16,880 bases of DNA from contig CAXTKV010000113.1 in the NCBI GenBank assembly GCA_964244895.1, positions 1-16,880 on the forward strand. The letters are read 5' to 3'. Position 1 is the first letter of the stretch; every line of letters begins with the position of its first letter. Shown one piece after another: positions 1-7,764 of the stretch. The notes under the pieces are model-generated. The model did no database searches. It was not told where the DNA came from and saw only the letters and a list, made by a program, of their open reading frames with translations. The translations under genes and the position numbers were made by a program. This stretch comes from an uncultured Deinococcales bacterium (GTDB lineage Bacteria; Deinococcota; Deinococci; Deinococcales; JAAFIG01).

Positions 1-502
1 AGGTCGCCAGGAGCGTGATGGCGACCCCGCCGAAGATCAGCCGCGCCAGACCGCGCGCGAAGCTCATCATGGCGAGCGTCACCACGAACGACGGGATGCG
101 CAATCCGGTGGTCACACCGCCGTTGACCATGCCCAACGCGGCTCCGGCCAATAAACCCAACGCGATGGTCGGCAACGTGCCGAAGCCCGTGCTGGTCAGC
201 AAGTAAGCGCTTAGCGTGGCGACGAACGCCAGGATTGCGCCGACCGACAGGTCAATCTCGCCGACCAGAATCACCAGGGTCATGCCGATGGCGATGATGC
301 CGGTCTCGGCGACGTAGCGCAGAATGTTCATCTGGTTGGGCACGTCCAAGAACAGGTTCGTGCCGTCGCGCACGGGCGCAAAAATCGCGCCGACGATGAA
401 CACGATCACCAACCCGAGGTACCCCTGGAATCGAACGAGCGTCTCGAACAGGCGCTTGCCCGTGCTGCGCGGCTGTGGGATCTGAACCGAAGGGGAAGTC
501 AT
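1..502 (-). CDS. Sugar ABC transporter permease (RbsC/BPD_transp_2 family), 3' end beyond the window
   Basis: Not in the ORF track because it is open at the edge. Manual translation from ATG at 502 (ATGA overlap with the ATPase stop) gives MTSPSVQIPQPRSTGKRLFETLVRFQGYLGLVIVFIVGAIF...NILRYVAETGIIAIGMTLVILVGEIDLSVGAI...GMVNGGVTTGLRIPSFVVTLAMM. GMTLVI..GEIDLSVG and IPSFVVTL are family signatures. Confidence 0.93.
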   Translation of the reverse strand, partial: MTSPSVQIPQPRSTGKRLFETLVRFQGYLGLVIVFIVGAIFAPVRDGTNLFLDVPNQMNILRYVAETGIIAIGMTLVILVGEIDLSVGAILAFVATLSAYLLTSTGFGTLPTIALGLLAGAALGMVNGGVTTGLRIPSFVVTLAMMSFARGLARLIFGGVAITLLAT

Positions 503-2121
503 GAGTAGGTCCTCGGGGTCGCGCTGGAAGGGTCGCTGGAAAGATGGGCGTGCTGGCTGAAACGCGTGGCCAGATCCAGAATTTTTTCCTGCGTGGCCTC
601 GGCCTGGGTCAGTTCGCCGGAGATGCGGCCTTCGCACATCACCAGGATGCGGTCGCACAGCGCCAGCAGCTCGGGCATCTCGCTCGAGGCCAGGATCACG
701 GCGGCTCCTTCCTGGGCCAGTCGGTCAATCAGGGCGTAGATTTCCGCTTTTGCGCCGACATCAATGCCCTGGGTCGGTTCGTCCAGCAAGAAGACCTTGG
801 GGTTGGTGATCAGGAATTTGGCCAGCACGACCTTCTGCTGGTTCCCGCCCGAGAGCGACATGGCCGGGGTGTTCAAACTGGGCGTCTTGACGCGCAAGCG
901 CTGCACGACCTCGGCGACCTTTTTGGCCTCGCGTTTCAGGTCAATGAACAGGCCGCGCGTGAACTGCGAGAGTCCAGCCAGGCTGGCGTTCTCGCCGACC
1001 GAGCGAATCAGCACGAGGCTCTGACCCTTGCGATCCTCGGTCACGAAGCCCACGCCCGCGCGGATGGCGTCCTGCGGCGAGGCGAACTTCTGGGATTTGC
1101 CCTCGAGTTGAATATCGCCCTGCACCCGAGCGCGGTTGGGAACCCCGTAGACCGCCTCGAGCACCTCCGTGCGACCCGCGCCGAGCAACCCCGCCAGGCC
1201 AACGATCTCGCCCGCGCGCACGTTGAAGCCCACCCCCGCCAGCGCTCGACGACCGGGAACGGCGCTGACGCTCAGGTTCGCGACGCGCAGCACCTCCGCG
1301 CCGGGTTGGCGCACGCTGGTCGGGTAGAGGTCGGTCAGTTCGCGCCCGACCATCATGGCGATCAGCGAATCTCTCGTCAGCTCCCCGATGGGTTTGGAAC
1401 CGACCAGCTTGCCGTCGCGCAGGATCGTGACCTGATCGGCGATGTTGAAAATCTCGTCCATGCGGTGCGAGATGTAGATGATCGCCATGCCGGAGGCGCG
1501 CAGGCGGCGCACGACCGTGAACAGCTGCGCGACCTCTTCGGCGTTGAGCGCGGTCGTGGGTTCGTCCATGACCATCACGCGGGCCTGAAAGCTGATCGCC
1601 TTGGCGATCTCGAGCAACTGGCGTTCGGCCACGCGCAGCTCGCGCAGTTTCCGATCCGGGTCAATCTCGAGACCGAGTTCTCCTAGCCAGCGCTTGGTTT
1701 CCCGGCGCATCAGGGCTTCGTCGAGCGCTCCGAAGCGGTTGCGTTTTTCGTGGCCCAGGAAGAAGTTCTCGAAGACCGTCAGTTCCGGAACCTGGTTCAG
1801 TTCCTGGTGGATGATCGCCAGACCGTGCCGTTGGGCCGCGCGCGGATCGCCGAGCGTCACCTGCTCATTGCCGAGCGCGATGCTGCCCTCGTCCTGGTGG
1901 TACACGCCCGTTAGGATCTTCATCAGTGTGCTCTTGCCCGCGCCGTTCTCCCCCATCAGCGCGTGAACTTCGCCTTCGCAAGCGCTGAAGCTCACGTTGT
2001 CCAACGCGACCACACCCGGAAAACGTTTGGTGATGCCCTGCATGTTCAGCAACGGCGACCGATGGCCGTCACCGGGCGGTATGGGTGGGGGGATAGAACT
2101 GGGCGACGGGTTGGTCAGCAT
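499..2121 (-). CDS. Sugar ABC transporter ATP-binding protein (RbsA/MglA-type, two NBDs)
   Basis: Walker A GENGAGKST, Walker B VMVMDEPT, ISH switch; second NBD has LSGGNQQKV and LLDEPTQGIDVGAK. Adjacent to the permease. Confidence 0.96.
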   Translation of the reverse strand: MLTNPSPSSIPPPIPPGDGHRSPLLNMQGITKRFPGVVALDNVSFSACEGEVHALMGENGAGKSTLMKILTGVYHQDEGSIALGNEQVTLGDPRAAQRHGLAIIHQELNQVPELTVFENFFLGHEKRNRFGALDEALMRRETKRWLGELGLEIDPDRKLRELRVAERQLLEIAKAISFQARVMVMDEPTTALNAEEVAQLFTVVRRLRASGMAIIYISHRMDEIFNIADQVTILRDGKLVGSKPIGELTRDSLIAMMVGRELTDLYPTSVRQPGAEVLRVANLSVSAVPGRRALAGVGFNVRAGEIVGLAGLLGAGRTEVLEAVYGVPNRARVQGDIQLEGKSQKFASPQDAIRAGVGFVTEDRKGQSLVLIRSVGENASLAGLSQFTRGLFIDLKREAKKVAEVVQRLRVKTPSLNTPAMSLSGGNQQKVVLAKFLITNPKVFLLDEPTQGIDVGAKAEIYALIDRLAQEGAAVILASSEMPELLALCDRILVMCEGRISGELTQAEATQEKILDLATRFSQHAHLSSDPSSATPRTYS

Positions 2122-2232
2122 TCGAGTTCCCTTCTCGCGGTGGTACGCGCTCGTTCAGGCGGGTGGACTGGAGCTTCGTGGTTCGGGCCGATGACCGCAA
2201 GCGCGATCACGCGGAGCCGAACGGACAGCGCT

Positions 2233-3060
2233 TCACGCGCTGCCCCTCGAGAAAATGTGTTCGATGGCCAAGGCTACGCCGTTTCGATCGTTGGTTTCAG
2301 TAATCCATCGCGCAACGGATCGCGCGGTCGGCGTGGCGTTGCCCATCGCGACCCCGAATCCAACGGCCTGAAGCATGGTGGCGTCGTTGTCCCCGTCACC
2401 GATTGCGGCCATGTCCTGAAGCGAAATGCCCAAGGTCTGACCCAGAGCGCGCAAACCTCGCGCTTTGTCCATGCCGTAAGACACGACCTCGAGATAGGTG
2501 TGCTGCGAGAACTGACCCTCGACGCTGGTCGGCAGGTCTCGAAGAAGCGCGTTCAGCGGTGCCGCGTCCGCGCCGGGCATCATCATGCATTGCAGTTTCA
2601 ACGGTGGCTGATCCAATCCGTTCAGCTCGGTCACTTCCGGTTGCACCTTGATGATTCCGGCCTCGCGTTGAATCACGTCTGTCAGGTTTTGAACCATCCA
2701 GCCGCGCTCGAGCATCCAGCCGATGTCCACGCCCAGTTGGACCGCCCTGGACGCGATGGCGCGGGCATCTGCCAGGTCAATCGCGGTTCTGGAAAGCACA
2801 GTCGCGTTGTTCCCTGAATCAATCTGGCAAATCAGCGCCCCCGTGTACGCGATCACGTACCCGCTGATGCCCAGGCGCTGCATGATCGGCGTCAAAGCGC
2901 GCGGCCCGCGCGCCGAGGCCAGCACCACGTAGACGCCCCTGTTCACCACAGCCTGAATTGCGTCTTTTGTCGCGTCGGTGACCTGGTGGTCGCTGGTCAA
3001 GAGCGTCCCATCAATGTCCAGCGCGAGCAATCGCACAGCTGTCGTGGTGGTCGTGTTCAT
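2233..3060 (-). CDS. Cof-type HAD-IIB family hydrolase (probable sugar-phosphate phosphatase)
   Basis: Motif I LALDIDGTLL, motif II ASAR, motif III K (DKARGL), motif IV IGDGDNDATML, plus GVAMGNA. Start moved to ATG 3060 (GAGG upstream) because the longer ORF start runs through the promoter region. Confidence 0.92.
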   Translation of the reverse strand: MNTTTTTAVRLLALDIDGTLLTSDHQVTDATKDAIQAVVNRGVYVVLASARGPRALTPIMQRLGISGYVIAYTGALICQIDSGNNATVLSRTAIDLADARAIASRAVQLGVDIGWMLERGWMVQNLTDVIQREAGIIKVQPEVTELNGLDQPPLKLQCMMMPGADAAPLNALLRDLPTSVEGQFSQHTYLEVVSYGMDKARGLRALGQTLGISLQDMAAIGDGDNDATMLQAVGFGVAMGNATPTARSVARWITETNDRNGVALAIEHIFSRGSA

Positions 3061-3210
3061 GCTGGCCTCGGGGTTCGCGGTTCGGTGATTTACGCAGGAT
3101 GTTTTCTTGAGTAGATCGCTTGTGTCGGTGAGGGCACAAGGCGCTCGGCGGCGCGTCAGGTCAGTGGATCGTTGCCAATTTCTGGCTTTTTGTGATTCTT
3201 TGGGTTGGTT

Positions 3211-3248
3211 GTGGAACAAAGTAGAACATCATCGAACAATTCTGTCAA
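3211..3248 (-). promoter_or_regulatory. Putative promoter/operator of the HAD-ABC operon
   Basis: On the minus strand: TTGACA (3248-3243), 19-bp spacer (longer than canonical), TACTTT (3223-3218). Three TGTTC units in exact 10-bp phase (plus-strand GAACA at 3214, 3224, 3234). 23/30 identical to 4476-4505. Confidence 0.6.
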
Positions 3249-3575
3249 GCCTCTGTCTCTAACCATTAAGGCCAGCCTGCGCGTCCGCGCCCATTCCACC
3301 TCGAGCCATCAACGCGATCCCGCGCGTCTGCCACGGTCTTGTGACAACACTTACGAGCTTTCCAGATTGACCGATCTTAGAAGCACGCCCACCCCGCTTG
3401 ATCTGAGATTGATGAACCCTTCTTCAGGAACGCTCAGAACGACACCGTGTGGAACGCAGCGAAACACGAGGGCGCTGTCCCATACGGCGTTTCTTGAGGC
3501 AAGACATGCGCACGAGCAGTTTGATGGTTCAAGCTCGAGCATCAGCCTCAAGGTGACGAGAGCTTAATAGCGTTT

Positions 3576-3623
3576 AAAAACAAAAAAACAGTGGAGCTTG
3601 GTAAAATACCAAGACATCCACTG
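3576..3623 (-). terminator. Rho-independent terminator downstream of the orphan membrane gene
   Basis: Plus strand CAGTGGA-G-CTTGGTA-AAA-TACCAAG-ACA-TCCACTG (3589-3623) forms a bulged stem; on the minus strand it is followed by TTTTTTTGTTTTT. Confidence 0.7.
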
Positions 3624-3666
3624 CACTCATCTCACGAAGCTAAAAGCTAGGTTGATGAGCTAAAAC

Positions 3667-4080
3667 CTATCCCTCCCAACGGAGATTTCCTGCAATGTAA
3701 ATTGCGAGGACTGCCACTGCAAGTGACAGGAGATAGGGCCAGTTGGACAAATTCCGATCAAGGTGCCACTCGAGAAACGGAGGCTGAAACTTGACGCGGA
3801 AAACCAACTGGGAACACACATTGTACATGACCAACGCTAAAATTAACGTTGGGCCTGCAAGCAGGTTGACATGGCCAAGCGTATTCTTTGTTGCTAGCAC
3901 ATACGCAAGATAGAACAGAACCATATGGCTCACAGAACTCGCAACGTTCCCAATAAGGAATAGTTGCCAGCTGAAATAATTCAGCTGCTCCTGCGAACGT
4001 ATCGCCAGGAAAAGCACCAACGAGCCGGTTTCCGTGGAAACCTTTAAGCCCTGCAATAGGTTGAAAACGAATTTGCTCAT
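3667..4080 (-). CDS. Hypothetical integral membrane protein (~137 aa, about 3-4 hydrophobic segments)
   Basis: Hydrophobic stretches FSWQLFLIGNVASSVSHMVLFYLAYVLA, LLAGPTLILALVMYNV and WPYLLSLAVAVLAIYIAG. AT-richer than its flanks and followed by its own terminator. Start uncertain (ATG 4080 or 4146). Confidence 0.6.
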   Translation of the reverse strand: MSKFVFNLLQGLKVSTETGSLVLFLAIRSQEQLNYFSWQLFLIGNVASSVSHMVLFYLAYVLATKNTLGHVNLLAGPTLILALVMYNVCSQLVFRVKFQPPFLEWHLDRNLSNWPYLLSLAVAVLAIYIAGNLRWEG

Positions 4081-4249
4081 AACATAGCCCAGAGGTTTCT
4101 CTGGAGATAAAGATCTGCGCACAAAATTGTGGCATGACAAAAGCATACGCAGAGCCCCAAGTCAGACCGCGTAAAAACCGCACAATCCGACTGTTCCCAT
4201 CAAGGGCGAAGATCTCTGGACGTTCTCGAGCAACGGCGGACGCATCAAG

Positions 4250-4297
4250 GAACACCGTCCAGCACACAAATACAAATATGTGTGCTGGACGGTGTTC
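4250..4297. repeat. Perfect 19-bp inverted repeat made of two copies of the GTGCTGGACGGT motif
   Basis: GAACACCGTCCAGCACACA (4250-4268), 10-nt loop, TGTGTGCTGGACGGTGTTC (4279-4297). Confidence 0.9.
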
Positions 4298-4475
4298 TCG
4301 ACCATTCGCCATTCGTGGCATAGGGCAAACTCGAGCCTTCAGGCAGAGCCAGAACGCGCGTCGTTGCCCAAGCGTCGTGGGGTTCGAGCGGTCGGGAAGG
4401 TGGGTTTCTCAAGATCATCTCGTCGGACAAGCCTTCAGCTTCGCTCGAGGCTCAAATGCATCTGGATGTCTCGAT

Positions 4476-4505
4476 GTTGTTCGTTGATGTGATACTTTGG
4501 TACAG
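4476..4505 (+). promoter_or_regulatory. Putative promoter/operator of deoR-pfkB
   Basis: Extended -10 TGaTACTTT at 4490-4498. The 30-mer matches the minus-strand box at 3211-3240 at 23/30 positions. Confidence 0.6.
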
Positions 4506-4522
4506 TTGAACACAACTCATTG

Positions 4523-4545
4523 TGTGACGCCAACCGAGCGTCACA
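4523..4545. repeat. 8-bp inverted repeat in the deoR leader
   Basis: TGTGACGC-N7-GCGTCACA lies between the putative -10 and the GGAGG RBS (4564-4568). Confidence 0.5.
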
Positions 4546-4573
4546 TTGATCGGCTTAAGACACGGAGGTCAGG

Positions 4574-5443
4574 GTGCTCGCACACGTTCGACATCAGTTG
4601 ATACTGGACTTGCTCAAACGCGACCAGTCCGTCACAAACGTGGAAATCGCGGAATCCATCGGGGTCTCCGCCATGACCATCCGGCGCGACCTGGTGCAAC
4701 TGGAACAACAGGGCTTGCTCAGGCGCGTCTACGGCGGGGCGCAGAACATCACGGAACTGGATGTCGGCTACGCGCAGCGCGCCAGGCGCGAGCATCAGGC
4801 CAAAGCCATGATCGGCGCGATGGCCGCCGAGCGCATTCAGGACAACGAAACCATTTACCTGGACGGCGGCACGACCGTGATCGAAATCGCGCGCGCCCTG
4901 CGGCGGCGCGGGGCGCGCAACGTCCACCTGTTCACGCACGCGATCAACATTTCCAACGAACTGATCGGCGTGCCCGACATTCAGGTCTACCAGATGCCCG
5001 GTCAGATGTACCGCGAAAGCTACAGCGCGGTCGGCCCGTTGACGCTCGAGACCATCCGCAGGTTTCGCTTCGACCGCCTGTTCCTGGCAGCCCAGGGGTT
5101 CGACGCGGAGGGCCTGACCAACCCGAACCTCCTGGAGGTCGAGGTCAAGCAGGCGCTGATTGACCGTTCCGCCTGGGTCTGCCTGGTGGCGGACGGAACC
5201 AAATGGGGCAAGTCGGCTTTTGCGCGAGTCGCCCCACTCACCGCACTGCACGCGATCATCACCGATTCGCGCATTCCACCGACGGGCATCGCGACGCTCG
5301 AGAAATCGGGGTTGAACGTGATGATCACCGATCTGAACGCGCAAACACTTCCCAAAGGAGCGCTCAACAGCAGAGCGCTACGGGTATCGAACCGGGCGGA
5401 AGCGAAGGCGATCGACCCGCGACGCAAGGGAGGCCACGAATGA
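4574..5443 (+). CDS. DeoR/GlpR-family transcriptional regulator
   Basis: HTH signature VSAMTIRRDLVQLEQQGLLRRVYGGA; sensor domain with K..IG..AA, IYLDGGTT, FDRLFLAAQG and LVADGTKWGK. GTG start with GGAGG RBS. Confidence 0.95.
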   Translation: MLAHVRHQLILDLLKRDQSVTNVEIAESIGVSAMTIRRDLVQLEQQGLLRRVYGGAQNITELDVGYAQRARREHQAKAMIGAMAAERIQDNETIYLDGGTTVIEIARALRRRGARNVHLFTHAINISNELIGVPDIQVYQMPGQMYRESYSAVGPLTLETIRRFRFDRLFLAAQGFDAEGLTNPNLLEVEVKQALIDRSAWVCLVADGTKWGKSAFARVAPLTALHAIITDSRIPPTGIATLEKSGLNVMITDLNAQTLPKGALNSRALRVSNRAEAKAIDPRRKGGHE

Positions 5444-6387
5444 AATCCGTTGATGTCGTCTGCGTCGGCAATCTCGTCGCTGACGTGATCGTCAAACCGG
5501 TCAACACCTTGCCACCGAGCGGAGAACTGCGGTTGGTTGACTCCATCGATTTGCGAGCGGGCGGCTGCGCGCTCACCACAGCCATCGGTCTGGCGCAACT
5601 CGGGGCGAGCGTGATCATGGCAGGATTCGTGGGCGACGACCCATTTGGGCGGTTCCTGGAAGAACAACTGGATGCGGCTGGGGTCGATCCGCGCCGCCCT
5701 GGACGACACCCGAATCTTCCCACCTCGACGACCGCGGTGCTGGACGGTGATTCCGGCGAACACGTCTTGTTGCACACGACGGGCGCGACCGCCGGTCTGA
5801 CGCGAGATTCGATACCGGATGAAATGCTGTTCGCGGGTCGGGCGCTGCACATCGCCGGAGCCGGGATCAATCCTGGTCTGGATGGTCAACCCACCGCCGA
5901 ACTGCTCGCGGAAGCCCAGGCTCGAGGCATCCTCACCAGCCTCGACACCGCTTTCGACTCGACGAATCGTTGGGAACGAGTTCACGCGGCTCTACCGCAC
6001 CTGGACGTGTTCTCCCCGAGTCTTTCTGAGGTTCGACCCATTTCTGGGTTGCACGCACCGGAGGACATCGCGGCCTGGGCTCGAGATCGCGGTGTGAAAA
6101 CCGTGATCATCAAGCAAGGTGGTGACGGGGCGTTCGTCTCGAGCGATGCCTTTAGCGGCCACATCCCCGCGCATCGCGTACCGGTTCTGGACACCACCGG
6201 CGCGGGCGAAAGCTTCAACGCTGGAGTCCTTTACGGCCTGACCCGAGATTGGTCTCTTCAAGATTCGTTGTTGATGGGTGCAGCCATGGGCGCACTGGCC
6301 GTCACCAGAATTGGCGCAGTTGATCGCCTGACCAACCTCGATCAGGTACTTCAGATGGCTGGGCTAAAACTGGCGCACCACGCTTGA
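5440..6387 (+). CDS. PfkB/ribokinase-family carbohydrate kinase (atypical active site)
   Basis: Starts MKSVDVVCVGNLVADV at ATG 5440 (ATGA overlap with deoR, GGAGG RBS). Motifs AGG, GFVGDDPFG, VIIKQGGDGA and the C-terminal VLDTTGAGESFNAG. Confidence 0.92.
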   Translation: MKSVDVVCVGNLVADVIVKPVNTLPPSGELRLVDSIDLRAGGCALTTAIGLAQLGASVIMAGFVGDDPFGRFLEEQLDAAGVDPRRPGRHPNLPTSTTAVLDGDSGEHVLLHTTGATAGLTRDSIPDEMLFAGRALHIAGAGINPGLDGQPTAELLAEAQARGILTSLDTAFDSTNRWERVHAALPHLDVFSPSLSEVRPISGLHAPEDIAAWARDRGVKTVIIKQGGDGAFVSSDAFSGHIPAHRVPVLDTTGAGESFNAGVLYGLTRDWSLQDSLLMGAAMGALAVTRIGAVDRLTNLDQVLQMAGLKLAHHA

Positions 6388-6527
6388 TCGGGCTAGCCAT
6401 CGAAGGGCGCTGAGTCGTTGCAATGTTGTTGCAATCGCGTTCAGTTTGTCTGATCGACCTCAGCGCAGCAACCCAATTCGGGTTGGGTACGGGCTGGATC
6501 GAAAAGCTCCAGGAACTGCTTTCAACC

Positions 6528-6560
6528 AACGCAAACGCTCGCGCAGACATCGCGCGAGCG
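6528..6560 (-). terminator. Probable terminator of the minus-strand block
   Basis: 9-bp GC stem CGCTCGCGC (6536-6544) / GCGCGAGCG (6552-6560), 7-nt loop, followed on the minus strand by a weak U tract (TTTGCGTT). Lies 20 bp past the stop at 6581. Confidence 0.55.
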
Positions 6561-6580
6561 AGTGGGAGGGGTGGGAAAGC

Positions 6581-7666
6581 TTAAGCGACAGCTTCGGCGG
6601 GCATTCTGGAGGGCTTGGAGCGCTTGTCCTCGACCTTCTGACCATCACCTGTGATCAATTCAGGCTGGTAACCGACGGGGCCGCGATCGTTCGATCCCAG
6701 ACGGCAGCGCACGCGTTGGTTGACGGTCTGGTTTTCACCGTTCAAGCCGATCACGAACAGGTTGTGTTCGAGGTTGTTCTGGCATTCGAGCTTGATGAAA
6801 CCCCAACCTTTCGTGCCGATGCGGGTCAGGCGGCCTTCGGCGGTCGCGTCGAGCACGAACACGTCTTCGGCGCGTTTTTCTTTGGTGTTGCGGATCGGCG
6901 GTAGGGCGTGGAACAGCACACGCGCGCCGCGTTTGAGGGCGGCCTGGACGACCAGGTTGCGGGATTGGAAGTAGTACAGTTCGCCCGCGTCGTCGCTGAT
7001 GAAACCGAACTTCGGGCCGATTCTCGAGATCACGCCTTTGCGCCACTCGGCGGGATTCAGGTCAGCGGTGGGCGTTTCGGCGTGCATGGCGCTGATGAAG
7101 GCGGCGCGAATGCCGAAGGCTTCTTCAGCCCAGACCAGTTCGTGGTACGTGATGGCTTCGGCGCGTTCGGTCAGTCGGATGGTTTGGGCATCGCCGAGAG
7201 GCGATTCTCTGGTCGCGTCGATCTCGAGGCGGGCGAGCGCGGCAGCTTGCGCGGTCGCGGCATCCATCAGGATCGCGCGGGCGTTGGCGGCGCGGCTGAG
7301 TTGCGCAGCCTGTTCCAGAGGTGAGCCCAGGTAATCGGTTCCGCGTTCTGGCGTTTCAAACCAGGTCAACGCGCCCGAGGCGATGCCCGCACCGAAACGC
7401 AGCCCGTGTTCTTTGGCGTGCGTTTGCGCGCGGATGGCGGCGTTGATGGCTTCGGTGGCGTGCGCCGGGTCGTAGGCGATGAAGATGCTGCGGTCGGCGT
7501 GCTTGAGGATGTCCCCACCGATTTCTGCGGTGGACTCGAGCACCAAGTCGTAAAGCTTCGCGAGAGACACATCATTTGGGTTGCCGGGAGCGTCCGTCAG
7601 GTTCAGCGCGACGATGGTTTTGCGAACCTGGAACTGCGGGTCGGCGGTGATCTGGCTGAGTTTCAT
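6581..7666 (-). CDS. Degenerate class III nucleotidyl-cyclase-like domain fused to two cold-shock (OB-fold) domains
   Basis: N-half follows the cyclase pattern: TIVALNLTD, GGDILKHADRSIFIAY, RFGAGIASG, DYLGSPLEQAAQL..AANARAILMD. C-half has two RNP1-like motifs, KGVISRIGPKFGFISDDAGELYYF and EGRLTRIGTKGWGFI...HNLFV. Strong RBS AGGAGG. Confidence 0.75.
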   Translation of the reverse strand: MKLSQITADPQFQVRKTIVALNLTDAPGNPNDVSLAKLYDLVLESTAEIGGDILKHADRSIFIAYDPAHATEAINAAIRAQTHAKEHGLRFGAGIASGALTWFETPERGTDYLGSPLEQAAQLSRAANARAILMDAATAQAAALARLEIDATRESPLGDAQTIRLTERAEAITYHELVWAEEAFGIRAAFISAMHAETPTADLNPAEWRKGVISRIGPKFGFISDDAGELYYFQSRNLVVQAALKRGARVLFHALPPIRNTKEKRAEDVFVLDATAEGRLTRIGTKGWGFIKLECQNNLEHNLFVIGLNGENQTVNQRVRCRLGSNDRGPVGYQPELITGDGQKVEDKRSKPSRMPAEAVA

Positions 7667-7710
7667 TTGAACCTCCTGTGATTTACCGAATCGGCTCTAG
7701 GCTGCGTGGG

Positions 7711-7764
7711 ACACCGTCCTGGACGGCATATTCATAAGGTTAGAATTCGCGTGCTGGACGGTCT
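7711..7764. repeat. Inverted pair of the 12-mer motif between sodC and the cyclase-like gene
   Basis: ACCGTCCTGGAC (7713-7724) and exact GTGCTGGACGGT (7751-7762), with 36 bp between the ACCGTCC and GGACGGT cores. Confidence 0.7.

Noticed and set aside
544..1686. Long antisense ORFs (544..1686, 1963..2817, 4541..5344, 5020..5985, 8104..8988, 8834..10519, 14402..15037, 15053..15652 and similar)
   Set aside because: Shadow frames opposite well-supported genes, as expected in high-GC DNA; no recognisable motifs.
3061..3219. N-terminal extension of the HAD ORF
   Set aside because: Runs through the promoter/leader. HAD motif I lies just after ATG 3060.
3205..3567. Short ORFs 3205..3567 (+) and 3351..3551 (-)
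   Set aside because: No clear RBS or recognisable domain. They may be gene remnants but cannot be supported.
3758..4321. 187-aa Cys-rich minus-strand ORF
   Set aside because: Overlaps the more protein-like membrane ORF in another frame and runs through the 19-bp inverted repeat; no family motif.
5203..5439. N-terminal extension of the 394-aa PfkB ORF
   Set aside because: Overlaps deoR. The PfkB fold and RBS begin at ATG 5440.
6581..7666. Active adenylate cyclase or Pycsar defence system
   Set aside because: Metal-binding Asp and the N...R residues appear substituted, and no adjacent cNMP-binding TM or TIR effector gene is present.
4250..7764. The 12-mer repeats as a CRISPR array or IS ends
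   Set aside because: Copies are inverted and kilobases apart, with no regular spacers, cas genes, transposase or target-site duplications.
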